A stretch of 64,000 bases of DNA from Octopus bimaculoides (Eukaryota): positions 52,452,608 to 52,516,607 of the forward strand of contig NC_068989.1 in the NCBI RefSeq assembly GCF_001194135.2, read 5' to 3'. Each line of letters starts with the position of its first letter. Positions within the stretch are counted from its first letter, which is position 1. A program made the translations under genes and the position numbers. Positions 11,505 through 26,004 of this stretch are shown piece after piece. The notes under the pieces were generated by a model. That model did no database searches and was not told the origin of the DNA. It saw only the letters and a list, made by a program, of their open reading frames with translations.

Positions 11505-11770
11505 NNNNNNNNNNNNNNNNNNNNNNNNNNNNNNNNNNNNNNNNNNNNNNNNNNNNNNNNNNNNNNNNNNNNNNNNNNNNNNNNNNNNNNNNNNNNNNNN
11601 NNNNNNNNNNNNNNNNNNNNNNNNNNNNNNNNNNNNNNNNNNNNNNNNNNNNNNNNNNNNNNNNNNNNNNNNNNNNNNNNNNNNNNNNNNNNNNNNNNNN
11701 NNNNNNNNNNNNNNNNNNNNNNNNNNNNNNNNNNNNNNNNNNNNNNNNNNNNNNNNNNNNNNNNNNNNNN

Positions 11771-11818
<48 letters not shown>

Positions 11819-12428
11819 CATATATATAAACGTCTTATTTTTCTTTTGTTAAGAAGCTTCAAGATAACAAGATAAAAGTTTGTTTAACATTCGAATGGAT
11901 GTACGTGTATCCGTTTAATTTACTTCTATTTTCTTTTTATTTCTTCTTTTTCATTAGTTTTTTTTTTATTTCCATTGAATTGAATATAATTTTGACAAAA
12001 GTTTGTAGCATTATTTCAATTTTTACTAGTTTCTTTTTACTTATGTTTTTGTTTTTCATGGTTATAAGCCTCTTCAGATTTATATTATAGTTACTATTGA
12101 GTTTCTCAATATTGAGCATAATCTACCCAAATATATCATAACTCACTTTTTTGCCCGCATTGTCTTGCACACACATTCATATATATACAAACAAGAAGAT
12201 ATACACAAACGCATACACACACACATACACACACACATATGCATATGTATAGATGTATACATATATATACACATACGTATGTATATACATAGATGCTATA
12301 TATATATATTATATATATATATTCATATATTTGTATTATCTGTGTCGCTAATCAGTTTTCAGACACTTTCATTTTCAAGTAATTATGAGACCGAAGTATA
12401 TCAATATGCGGTGTGAGTGACCCCCGCT

Positions 12429-12537
<109 letters not shown>

Positions 12538-13365
12538 AACTAGATATCTCTTATTCAACAAGAGACAATACGTGACCTGTCTTGAATAACGAAGATTACG
12601 TAATATGTTGTTTCACTAACATTGTGCATCCTTCTCACAAATGTCAGCCCCATTGCTATAAGTCACTAAATAACAACGGATAGGACTCAAATAATAAATA
12701 GAAACTCTATAAACACTAACTCTATATATATAGAATCCACTGTATTTCTTCTGTTCTCAATGCATTCTCTAACAGCTCAACCAAATCAAATAAAACCTTA
12801 CATGGCAATATTATGAGACCCCAGAGTCAACATGTAATTTTTTGGATGAAACAATGCAACATTGGCACTGGTTCTGTAAAAAAAAAAGGTCTGGCTTGGC
12901 CGAACACCGGTTCTGTTTTTGGGCAGCCGTTGAGCGTGCAACATCGTTATTTCTTCCTGTGCCTGTGAAATCTTGTATCCCGGCTGTAAGGCCTTATTTC
13001 CATATACGCCAGCTTAATTTTATTCGTCCTTAGTCGAAAGAGATCTGTTGTTATGTCCCGTTATTATTCCTGTTTTTTTTTGTGTAACATTGTTCGTTTT
13101 TTTCCGTCCTTGTTTTTGTATACATTCCCTGCTTTCTTCCAAGGAATCTAATATCTTAGCTTAGTTTTCCCCTGGAGCTGGCCAGATTGGAGCAATATCG
13201 ATAATAACCAGCCGAAATTGCAAAGATAATCTGGATCTCGACTGAAGAGAGAAAACTCCGAATGACATGTCCGTGTTTTCTTTGTATCGTCTATGTGTAT
13301 GTTTTGTCCCTTTCTTGTATCACCTAACTGTCTGGATGGTTTGCGTTCTTGTCCCATTATGTATC

Positions 13366-13439
<74 letters not shown>

Positions 13440-14019
13440 CAACATGATGGATTTCAAAAAATTGGTATTATTATTGGAGTATTTTTAACTCTTATACATA
13501 CCGTACATAAATACGACATACACATACGAATTTAGAATACTTGAATGAACAGATGTGTTTCGAGAGCACACAGTTTGGAGTTTGACACTACCAACATTAT
13601 ATTTTTGTGTATGTATGTATGTATGCATGTATGTATGTATGTATGTATGTATGCATGTATGTATGCATGCATGTATGTATGTATGCATATATTGTTTAAT
13701 ACTTCTACTGAGCAGTTTATTCAGTCAATGCTTGTCATTTTGGCACACATTCGGAGTAAAACAACACCGTGCCTTTTAAATAGGCCAGGGCATTCCTTGA
13801 GTGGTATATCTAAATGAATAAGATGTCATTATTTAAATAAAAATCATAGAGAAATAAGTCCACAATAGTAACTGAACAGGTAGAAAAAATTAGCAGGATG
13901 AAGATAACAAAATTTAGTTTGTGCTAATATTGCCCTCTAAACCATAAAGATGGAATGAGTTAAATAAAGAGATACACACACAGACACACACACATATCTA
14001 TATACAGTTGTCACATTGT

Positions 14020-14052
<33 letters not shown>

Positions 14053-14089
14053 AAGACAGACAGACAGACAGACCGACAGACAGACAGAC

Positions 14090-14136
<47 letters not shown>

Positions 14137-14585
14137 ATTACAGCTGTCACTTGCATGCAGTTATTATTGGGTGTCATTTTCCTTACTGAAGCTAACATTT
14201 ACGGTGCCTGTTTAGTACTAGACATGGAGAGACACTTAAGCGGCCACTCCACACTTAACTCTATCTCGCAATGAAACATCTATCGTGAGACAACTTCAGA
14301 CACACAGACCTTCACCAACATCCAACTGATAATTATGTCATGTGAGAAGAATAGTGCAAAGACAAGGGCATGAAATCTGAGAGGCTTTCATATCCTCGTC
14401 ATTATGATCATCAATCAAACACTCCAGCTACAATACTACAATTTGAGCTAACTACTTATGAAATGAAATAACACACGTACACGCATATGCTCATATACAT
14501 ACACATTTGAATAAGTATAATATTTATTGCAGGACAGAGAAAAACTATAATAAAATACAAAGAAGCATAAATGCGCCCACACACG

Positions 14586-14632
<47 letters not shown>

Positions 14633-15643
14633 NNNNNNNNNNNNNNNNNNNNNNNNNNNNNNNNNNNNNNNNNATATATATGTGTGTGTGTGGGGGGGGG
14701 TGTCTGTATACATATACATACATGCATACATACATACATACATACATACATACATACAAATACGCGCGTGCACAAACAGATACATAATTTTATGTATATG
14801 CGAGTATGTTTATTCTCCTATCAACATATAATTATATAATTGTCTTTTAATAATGGAAACAGTTTATGTATTCGCTATAAAGAATGGCTTATAAATTTTT
14901 AATATCTATATTAGAGACAACCTTTGATACAATTTAACTTTTATTATAATCTAACACCATTATAATATTAAACGAAACATTGAAAACCAGTAAATATTTA
15001 ATTCTTTTACTTTTCATTAAATCAAATAACTTATATCTCAGTTTACAATCAATCTAGAGCATTATTATTCGCTGATACTCATCGAAATGGTTGTTGTTTA
15101 ATGTAGTTTATGAACTCATTCAAAAAATTGCCAACAATATGTTTCACTATGTTCCAAAAACACATAAATTGTCCATGGAAAATTGAACTGTGTCAATAGA
15201 TATAGAACTGTAGCAACAAGTAAAAGAACCAGAACACTTAACTATATTGCTTTCCAGACGTATCTAGAAATATAGGCCATTTTGATAGTAATATTATTCA
15301 GGTTTTTCGTGTCTTGTATCTATGTTTAACTACACTATTCTCTCACTGTTATATTCTAAAATAACATTTCATTTTTAAATCGAATTTTTTGTGAGTTACA
15401 TCCAAATTTTAACATTTTTCACTGCCTAGTTTGTTTTTTTTAGTGAAATGGTGATGGCGTCCGACAGATTACGGCCTTAAACAGGCATTGAATATTTAAT
15501 GTTGAAACGTTAAATTAAATAGCATGAACATCTTGCGTTATCAAATTTGCTCTCCTACTTTACTGTTCCCTGATTATTTTCGTGAAACAAACCACATTTT
15601 CACGAATGTAAAATGTGCTGCTTAATGAATTACTAACACTTAC

Positions 15644-15967
15644 TAAAACGGATGCATTTGTGGTTTCACTAGAGCTGGCAGATATTACTAGGAAGATAAT
15701 CATAATATAAGACCTAAAATCACAAACTGAAATAGACCGGTCAAGAAATGGAGTGAGGAGGGAAGAAAAGAATAAGGAGAAAATAAGGTAATAGCTATGT
15801 AAATAAATAAATTCTATACTCTAACTTACCTTTGTGTCTGTAGCGTTCTGTAATTCTTAACAACTAGTGTCACTAGCTCTTAATCATCTGACGACAACAG
15901 ATCAGTCTTCAATTTGCAATTTGATATCGCTTTTTTGACGAAGAGTTAATTCATCAAAGATTCTCAC
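15644..15967 (-). other. Candidate spliced transcript segment: exon 15830-15967, intron 15714-15829, exon 15644-15713
   Basis: On the minus strand: AAG|GTAAGT donor, a 116-nt intron with a long pyrimidine tract ending TTTTAG|G, then a 70-nt exon ending in |GTAAGT. The second exon contains an ATG (15703) encoding MIIFLVISASSSETTNASVL in phase 0. Confidence 0.45.
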
Positions 15968-16156
15968 CTAGAACTCACATGCGGTCAGCTTGTAATTATA
16001 TCTATCGTAAATAAATCATATCTATCTATCTTAAATAAATACACGACGTGTATTTAACTAAGAATGTAGCCAAACATTAAGCTAGTAAATTAAACTATAC
16101 ACATTGATTAAGGGATGAGGAAAATCAATTTCCTTTCATCCTTATATGTATATATT

Positions 16157-17390
16157 CGAGGATTGGCTGAAAAGTTCATATGCTGACGGAGATACCTTCT
16201 TGGAATGTGAACAAATAAGGCGTATTTTTCAGCATAGTACCCCTTGCGGTCCACACACTTCTTCTATCAGTTTTGCAGTGCTTGAGTCTCATTGAAGAAG
16301 AAGCTTCCATCCTGTTGATAAAATAAAGTGATTGACAGCAGATATGAATTCATCATCACTGCAGTATTGAATTCTAGTTATGTGGTTTTTCATGTTGCGA
16401 AAGAAATGCGTCAGAAGAAGCCAAATCAGGACAATAGAGAGGATGATCAACTGGTTCAAAACCACAGAAGCAAAGGACTTGTGTCCTGGAGCAATGTCCT
16501 AATGAACTAAGACCCCTTCCGTCAGTTCTGATAAGCTTCAGTCTTGATAACCTCTCGTAACCTCCTCAGTAACTTGGCATAATATTCTCCCTTGATGGTG
16601 TGGCCCATTTCAATATGGTATAAGTAAACACAATGCCTTTTACACCCAAACATTTTAGAACATCACTTTCCCTGCAGATGAGGGTGGCGTTGTCTTTCTT
16701 TGGAGCAGGCAAGGAGAGATGTTTCCACTGCACAGATTGTCTTTTAGTCTCAGATTCAAACTGATGAAGCCAACACTCCTTCTGACTTAGGAAACGTTCA
16801 ATAAAACCAGCTGGACCTGCCTCACACAAAGTAAGATTAGGCCGTCATGTGACATACCTGGTGTGCTATTCCTCAGGTGCCAGAAGACACGAAACCTATA
16901 GAACAGAAAACTTTGTCATTCCGAATTCATTGAGAAGAATATTCTCAACTCTCTCACAGGTTATGCTAATAGTATTTGCTATTTGATTTATAGTCAATCA
17001 TTTGTCATTCATCAGAATCTAATCAACACAAACAATGTTTTCCTTGGTGAATATGACCTTGTGTCATATTCAAAACTCTCTTCCGCTCATAAGTTCAGCT
17101 GCCCACTTTTGCACTATTGATAACGATGAAGCGGCATCTTCTAATGTAGCAACCATGTCAGCATGAATGTCTTTGGAAGCTAAACACTTATGCTGCAGGT
17201 ATATGACAACACCACGATGCCAAATTCTTCCATTTTCAGGAAACATGACTACTAGTTACCTTTGAATTCTTTTGTGAACCGTCACATATCAATTTCCCTG
17301 AAAAGAAACATGCAATTAATGCATGCAAGATTTTACAACTTTAATATCATTCCTTCATAGTCAGGCTATGAACATTTCTGCCCACCCTCG
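16157..17390 (-). mobile_element. Degenerate full-length mariner-family DNA transposon
   Basis: Imperfect TIRs of about 31 bp (cgaggattggctgaaaagttcatatgctgac versus the reverse complement of 17360-17390, cgagggtgggcagaaatgttcatagcctgac), with TA at the right end. Transposase remnants are KDIHADMVATL..STVQKWAAE-like, WLHQFESETKRQSVQWKH, GHTIKGEYYAKLL and VH*DIAPGHKS. Confidence 0.88.
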
Positions 17391-17419
17391 TATATGTGTA
17401 TATTATTTTATTCTTTTAT

Positions 17420-17805
17420 TTGTGTCAGTCATTTCCCTGCGGCCATGCCGGAGCTTCGCCTTTTACTTGAAGAAATCGACTCCAGGACTTATACTTTGTA
17501 ACACAGGCACTTATTCTCTCGGTGTCTTGCCGAACCTCTAGTTACGGGGACGTGAATACACCAACATCGCCTGTCAAGCGATGCTGAGGAAGAAAAAGAC
17601 ACAATCATGCACACGCACACACACATACACACACACACATATATATATATATATGTGCGTATACAACGGGCTTCTTTCAGTTTTCCTCTACCAAATCTAC
17701 TCAAAAGTCTATTGTAGAAGACACTTGCCCAAGGTGCCATGTAGTGGGGCTAAGCCCGGAAAGATCTGGTTGAAAAGCAAGCACCTTACCACACGGCCAT
17801 GCCTA
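17420..17805 (-). mobile_element. tRNA-derived SINE with internal (CA)/(TA) tract
   Basis: The reverse complement of the head is ggcatggccgtgtggtaagg...cttagccccactacatggcaccttgggcaagtgtcttctac, with tail ...tggccgcagggaaatgactgac. Homologous to 24000-24370 and 62160-62340. Confidence 0.75.
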
Positions 17806-17815
17806 TACACACACA

Positions 17816-17904
<89 letters not shown>

Positions 17905-20354
17905 GTATATAAAGAAACGATGAGAAAACAGAGAAGGTTTGTTTTACAGGATTTAAGACTATATTAGAGCCATGATGATAAAATATACAATATTGTACAA
18001 TATAAGTTTTTTTTGTTTCAACATAATTGAAGTAAGGACTGGTTTCGCATTGCTCATCAAGCTGAGAGTTGAGAAATATTGCTTGGGTGATAAAATATAT
18101 ATGTGTATGTATGTATAGACATATATATATTCATACCTACACACAAGCGCACATGCATTTATATATATATATGCTTGGATACATACCTGTTCGTAAGCAC
18201 GTGCGATGTTTCTTTATTCAGTTACTATCAATTTAACCTCCATTTCATCTTAAGTCATAGATATTAGAATCTACACACAAACATGTTCGATCCATTCTCC
18301 TTTGTCTAATAAACGTTTTCATATGGTTACCTCACTAAAATTGAATAATCACAATCTAGATTAATTAATTTATTACCGGTAGATGTAAGGTTGTCCCATT
18401 AAATCTAAATAATAACTAAAACAAAAAAAAAACAATCATTTTTTTGCTAACCAACCTTTGCAGCGTTTCTTTTGGGAATGATGAGTAACAATAAAATTCA
18501 TTGATAAGTTATCCGATGATTTAATACACTTAAAAACTTATATAACCATTCATATTGAATTACTGATGGAATCGGTTCACTTAACTAAATTTTTATTATT
18601 TTCTCCCTCCGGTATCTATAGTAATTCCTTAAAGTAATTCATATAACGCATATTGGCGATTAACATTTAATGCACAAACATGCAGCTTATAGTCTCCCAT
18701 TAAATCTTCCAATATTATATATGATAACTGAAATAACAGCCTTCCAAGGTCCCTATTACCTTTCCCAGTTCTTATTTCCCGTTTTGTTGAACGATAAAAC
18801 CTTTAATTTAGATTTTATTCAAAAATGCACTTATAGCCACCATGAACTTCAAGAAGTAATATAAATTCAATTTCAACTCACACATTATATAAGCACCACC
18901 TTCTTTTATACTCGTGTACGTCAAAATGCAATTCCGATACCTATTACTTCGTCCTTGCAATATCTGTACTAAGTTTTAAAAGTATGTATATTGCTAAGCA
19001 GGATATAATCTTTTATTAAACACAGCTTTCTGACTTCCAAATAAATAACTGACGGACATAGGCACTTAAGCTATCACACCGTTCATGTCGTAGCCTGATA
19101 GTTTCTCACACGTATATATGGAATGTACATTTACAGCCCAGTTTGCTGAACAACAATCATATCCTAGGAAGATACGTTTATATATGTTTATGCGTTAAAT
19201 ACCTATCTATGTTCCCCAGTATTTTAATTACTCCGTTATACATGGAATTGCATTTTGCTTTGATGACATAAATCATTTATTTAAAGTATTTCTAGAAAGC
19301 GTTAAATGAAATGTCTATAATATTGCTTGCTCGCTGAAATATATGCACACGTACATAAGATGGCAATTTTTATTTTCTGTTTCATTACATTTGTATGCCA
19401 TATCTACGTTCTCAATTACAGATATATACACCCATATGAATATATGTTATTTCATGTAAATATTTTGCGTAAAGAATTATTACTTAGTTGTTTGATACAT
19501 TGTATTGTATCTCCCTTACTTTTGTATAACTTTTTTCTCTTGTTTTTAAGGTTATCGCTACAGATTTTACATAGAAATTATAGACAGCATGATTCTGTAA
19601 CGACGTTTCGTAACAGAGACTCCTGATGTAAACAACAATGTAATCGAAAATGAAAAATAGATAATGAGAATATATGTCATATTTCAAAAGGTTTTCTCCT
19701 CCATCCTGAAGAGAGCCTTAGCAAGTAATTTGAAAGCACTGTTAACACAGTAGAACACAGTATTGACTTATAAAAGCGCTTAACATAATTTGTAGCGTAT
19801 TATGGTTACCTAACGAAATACGATGTACCCACAGGATAGTAATGTTTTCTTCTTACAAGTCACGACTTAAAACACAGTAATCTTTTAATCTTAAAAGTTA
19901 CAGGGTTTTAAGCCCTTTGTTTAACATTTTTTCTATTCATTTTCTCGATCAAAACACTTCTTTATACTAATATGGAGATTATTATTATCATCTGCAAGGT
20001 GCCGAAAAAGTAGAATTCTTAGGAAGTCGGACAAAAGGCTTTGAAGTATTTCTTCTTTACATTCTGAATTCAAATCCCTTAGCGAGCGAACCTCTGTGTT
20101 TCAGGGCACGATAACTTAAGATCCAGTAATGTTCAAGAGTCGATGGTATCGACCAAGCTCCTGCTCTCAAACAAAAAAAAAACCTGGCATTGTATCTAAA
20201 TTAGAAATAATCCTTAAAAATCAAATTTAGACACCAGAAATGCTAACAAACATCCATAAACACACCACCGCAGACACCCGAATAACGCACACGTACGCAG
20301 AAATGCAGTTCTTGATCACATGTGGTAAAATATCGCAAAGAATATCACATTTGA

Positions 20355-20402
<48 letters not shown>

Positions 20403-20777
20403 AAATGACTGTGTTTGAGTGAACGTATGTATGTATGTATGTAAATGTATGTATTATGGTTACCAGTTTTCAATATTCAAGAAAGTATATCTAATATATT
20501 CTGTTTCAAAATGGTTCTTCTGCAAGAAAGAAAATATATAAATCAGTCAAAATAAGTTATTGGCTATATTTCCATTTATTTAAAATATTTTGGTGTGCGT
20601 GTTTTTTCGGTTAAAACTATGTTTCGACCTTTTTTGCAATGCCTCGCTTTTTGGTTTTATTAATATATTTTATTAACAATCTCACACAGTTGTAGTTTGT
20701 TTGCATTGTAGCGATAAAATTACATCTCAGACGCCATGAATAGAGCAAAAGTTTCTGCCAGTATTACNNNNNNNNNN

Positions 20778-20844
<67 letters not shown>

Positions 20845-23800
20845 ACGTGCATACATTCATATATTTGTGCATCTTTGTGTTTATAGTATGAATTCCAGTA
20901 TTGTTTGTTTTCAAATATGAAAAAGAAAAATGCAAGAACTAAAGCTACCCAAGTGCAAAAATAGATATGATATCTCAAAGTGACAGGGATGAGATCAGGT
21001 TAGTTGAATAACTATGTTGATTAAAATCTTGACTTCTTTACCGCTTGTCTACGTAATGCCCATACTGCCATTTATTGTGAAGGCAAGTATTTCATCCTTT
21101 AGATATTACGTTTAATCATGAATATTTATGAAAGAATTTTGGTGTTAGGTAACAGTTTTGCAAAACGTAAAAGAGCAGTCACATTCAGTGACATTTTTGG
21201 AACTTCTACATAGCTTGCAGTTATTTTATTAATAAGTTTATGCTTAGCGACTGTCACCCATAACACTATAGTAACAGGAATAATTTCGTTAGTGTGATGG
21301 GAACGATATCCTATATTGCTTTTTAACACAGGTACTTAACCTCAACTTACTACGAAATACGTAGTCCTTTAAATACTGTACAGAATCCGTTAAATCAACT
21401 GCAGTGCTTGTTTTCCACTTTTAGTTTAACTATACAGAAAGCATGAGCTGAAAATCGAAGATAATGCACACTAATTGACATAAGGCAATTTTGACATTAT
21501 TGTTAATTCCACACCTTTCTAACAACAATATTTCACATCTGTGTTCCTTTGCACTTCGTCAAGGTGAGTCTTTGTAAGAGAATAATGATTCTAGGGATGG
21601 AAGTTTACATAGATGGAAATTCATGAACAAGAGTAAATGCTGGAGAAGCTGATTTATGAAGAGTTCTTGGTTATCTTAGATAAGATACAGTATGAGTGAA
21701 GAGAAAATGAAAAACAGATACATTGTGGAAGATTGAGCAGACATATATATATATCTTATAAGACGGAAACAGAAACATTTATATCAGAATAAATACAAAA
21801 CAGCAATGGTATGCATTTATAGTAAACCAGTATATTATTCTCAATTGGTTGTCAAGAGAATAGGTTTGTGAGCCAGGTTCAAAGGCTGTATTGATAAATA
21901 TTTGAGAATAAATGAGTAAATGGTCCTGAAATTGACAGATCAGTTATAGAACATAATTAGGTCAAACGTCAGGTAACACACGCTACATTGTTCAAACTGC
22001 AATCAAATTAATGAATCAATTGCGTCTCTTTGCGATTCAGCTTTCTTTGTTGCTTTTGTAATGACATGCGACATATCGTGATGTGCAAAAATAGACATAA
22101 ATTGAAGTTGAGGGCATTGTCTTAAGAATTTTCTATGGAGAGTCTGTTATAGAATTAGAAAACTTAGAAATACAAAAGTTGAGGTTATAGTTACTGTATT
22201 AATTGTTTTTATATGAGGTAACAGACTAATTCATATAAAATTGAAGTATAATCAATTGAACTCCTCTGTGTATAATAATGACAAAACGAGTATGCACAGT
22301 AAAATCAACAAGATGAAATGTGAGTTCAGAGTGTAAAGGAAGAATGTTAGATTTGATCATTTTCAAGAGGAGTAATGATAATATATATACAATTGTAATA
22401 AATTAACTCGTACACAAATGGTAGTAAAGCAATAGATTCTATTTAGATAAATGCACTGTTAAATGTCATCTGAATTAAAATCACGATAATGAAGAAAGAA
22501 ATCTATAGACATTAACAATCATAAAAGCTTTAAGCGTCATCTTTCACGATCACTTTTGATTAGATTAAATACGGATTGTAGAATACAGAGGCTATAGTGG
22601 ATTGAACAACTTCTGTATATTGCTGGTGCTTATTTTATAGATATGAAATGAACTGCATTCTGATTGGACTCAATTTAAAATTCAGCGTAGAAATAGCAAA
22701 CATTTTAACCTATGGAGTCAGAATACTTTTGATTCTAACAATAGCCGTGCAATCTTTTATCAGAATGTTCATATCTTCATTTCGTTTTTTCTAAAATATC
22801 TAAACGCAGGAGGTATTACCAATACAGTGTCAAAAGTACACAAGATAGAATAATTTTAAAAATCAAATACAGATGTCAAATACACGCTTAAACAAAATTG
22901 TCCCACATTTTCCACAATCGATTAAATTTAGCACCCGAAATTTATTGTAATTTAATCGATTATATAACCAGCTTCATAATAATAGATTAGGACAAATATT
23001 TTATTTGTTCCAAATATTTATACATTCTATAGTTCGACACAGCATATTAATGCAAATGTTCATTCTTACAACAAAAGATAAGGACATACACCATTGTCAC
23101 GAACATATTATTCATATATTTTGTTTAATATATGAATGTTACAGATTACGTCATATGTAAACAAACATGTTTGTTTTTTGAAGCAATGAAATGTATTGCA
23201 GAACAAGTAGAAAGATATTTTTTTTCAACACGTAAATACTGAACAGTATATATAAAGGATAAAATCCTTTTAAGAGCAGAAGAAATTGCTGGCAACCAAT
23301 GAATGTTATATTTTGTTTTAACTACGAAAGTAAAAGACAACGGAATAGGGGAGTTTTAGACTTTCATTTTTTACCATACGACTGAGCGCTATTCTTTTCT
23401 TATAATATGTCTAATGTGATATGAATATGTCATTATACTCGTACATAAATAAACAAAAATGAACAAAGAGAAATAAGTCAGGATAATCAGTGACATGTAT
23501 CAGACCAACATAGACAAATACAGAAATATAAAATATCACATTGAATAATTTCTTAATCAATTAAAATTATCTCCACCTCTAGAGAATGTATCATAATTGA
23601 AAAATCGCAATTAGGAGTAGCTCCACATGCGAAAGGGACATAACCTCAAGAATTACAAAAGTTGACTTACTTGTAAGGAATAAGACTGCCTTATTACCTG
23701 GAGACAAAATGGTAGTCGAGGACATGTGTTTCTGATTCAGTAGCCGTCATCAATACGGCTAACTACATCTGCAGAACGTAAGTCTTAGGTAATTCGCATA

Positions 23801-23999
23801 ATCTAAACGAAAATGAGCTTCAGTGAAACAACTGCGCGTGAAAAGTTTGAGCTACGTAGTCATGTACATGTATATCAAATATTACATTTCTAGTTGGGCA
23901 TGTCTGCATATTTAATGACGATAATCTCTTCTTTTTCATCAACTTTTCACTTTGGAAATTTGAATTAATGGTCTGTTTGAGTGTTTTTATTAGAGATTG

Positions 24000-24370
24000 G
24001 TTCGGGTAGCATATTTGCTTAGGTCCGTATTCTAACCACATGATTTCCGGTTCAAACCCACTGCGTAACACATTGGTCAAGTATATTCTACTATAGCTTC
24101 GAGCTGACCAAATACTTGTGAGTGAATTTCGTTGACGGAAACTGAACAAAGACCATCGTGTATATATGTGTTTAATGTGTGTATCCCCCCACCGCTTGGC
24201 AACCGGTGTTGGTATGTTAACATCCCTGAACCTTAACGGTTCGGCAAAGAACTGATTGATTAAGTACTAACATTTAAGAATAAACGCTGTGGTCTATTTT
24301 CTCGACTCAATCCCTTCAAGGTGGTTCACCAAAATGGCCGCAGTCAAATGACTGAAACAAGTAAAATATA
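24000..24370 (+). mobile_element. tRNA-derived SINE, same family as 17420-17805
   Basis: aaccacatgatttccggttcaaacccactgcg...ctactatagc...gacggaaactga...ttaacggttcggcaaag...aaaatggccgcagtcaaatgactgaaacaagtaaaa. Confidence 0.75.
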
Positions 24371-24653
24371 ATCAATAAAGCATTCTGTTTCTGGTGTGCG
24401 CGCCTACACTTCGAAGGGATGCTTGAAATATGTCTGAGTGAGAGGAAAATTAAAACTAGTGTTCCAATATTGCTGCCCATACACAGGAGAAAAGGTCTGA
24501 ATGCAAACAACTCGAATTTATTTGCCTTAATTCTACACAATATGACACAGGAATTATCAGCAATTTTTGGGAAAACATCAACAAAATGTAACACAAACAG
24601 AAAACACGTAAACACATCTGGCTAGGACAAAAAGCAACAAGATCAAAATTATG

Positions 24654-24786
24654 GAGGAGGAGGAGGAGGAGGAGGAGGAGGAGGAGGAGGAGGAGGAGGA
24701 GGAGGAGGAGAAGAAGAAGAAGAAGAAGAAGAAGAAGAAGAAGAAGAAGAAGAAGAAGAAGAAGAAGGAAGAGGAGGAGGAGGAGT
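24654..24786. repeat. (GAG)n-(AAG)n pure polypurine compound microsatellite
   Basis: Directly visible. Confidence 0.95.
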
Positions 24787-25344
24787 CATGCCTTTGAAAG
24801 CCAGGTGCATTCATAGAGCTTCACGAACAAATATTGGTTAACTAAGTTGCTTGTAGCAAAACAATATGAAATAAATTATAGAAATAGAAAACATTGTTAA
24901 TATTCCAATAACTTAAGTTGTAGACTGATTAAAATGCTTAAAAAATTAAGTATACACACACATATACGCTCGCACACGCACATATATTTATGGACATACA
25001 CACATACATGCATTTACATAAGGGTATACATAATATACGATTACACATACATACATACATACATACATACATACATACTACATACATAGATGCATGCATG
25101 CATACATTCACTAATACGTACATTCATATAAACAGAACTGACCGATTGCGAAAACATTGGATATCAGTGGGATTCGGTAAACATAAATTTAGTACAATAA
25201 TATTTAATATTTTCCAATTCCACAACAGCAACAACCACGACTACTAGTGCTACTAACATAGTAGTATGCGGTATTACTGTACTAGCATTGTTATTGTAAA
25301 TTTTATTTTGGTTTTCGCTAGTGCATGCTAAATTAGTTTGCAGA

Positions 25345-25965
25345 TATTTTATCGTGATGTTTGGCGACAATTCTCCTCAAATCTCAAGAGTCTTTCTTAG
25401 AATTTTTGCATAATATAGGATGGTTCTTGTTTACAGGGCGACAATGCGAGTTTCATTTCCAAATATCTTTCAGTATTATAGGTAATAGTTTGGGTGCTGT
25501 GTCATGTGCACGAATTGCTATAGGAATAATAGTTGTCTTGGACATTCACCGTCTACTCGGCTCTCTGGTTACATCCTGATATTTCTCATTTTTTAAAAAA
25601 TTTCTTTTGTTTTATCTATGCTATCAAAGGGAATAGCAAAATCTACGATCTCAAATAGTTTGTTTAGTTTGTCTTCTATAATCTTGCCAGGTCTTCTTAC
25701 CTCAATTGTATGGTCAGTTTTTTTGGAAGAAGAAGCCCCACATGATCGTGTAATTCTCATTTTCTATTACAGCCTCTGCTATGTGTTCATACCTCTTTTC
25801 TGTTGTTTTGAAGCACGCACTCGGTTAACATTCCAATGCATTCTTTTGCCCATACAGTATACGAACTGCGCTAATATACGAACTGCACTCACTCAACATA
25901 CAATTGATACTATCGTCTCCTTTCCTGTAGTTTCTGCATTTGCTATCTGACTAACTTTTGTCGTT
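25345..25965 (-). mobile_element. R4/Dong-type non-LTR retrotransposon 3' fragment (RLE domain), degenerate
   Basis: The minus translation gives MGKRMHW, EKRYEH..VIENENYTIMW, TDHTIEVRRP..IIEDK...IVDFAIPFD...EKYQDVTRE and IIPIAI, matching the PD-(D/E)xK endonuclease C-terminus of R4-clade elements. Confidence 0.75.
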
Positions 25966-26004
25966 GCTTGCTTTTATCAGGTTTGTTCTTGGTGTGTCTT
26001 GGGT

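Noticed and set aside
13242-13270. Hammerhead motif CTGAAGA-GAG-aaaa-CTC-CGAAT
   Set aside because: GAAA is not intact and no stem I or III is found. It may be a remnant in a PLE-like terminal repeat (12.9-13.3 kb), but this cannot be supported from this copy.
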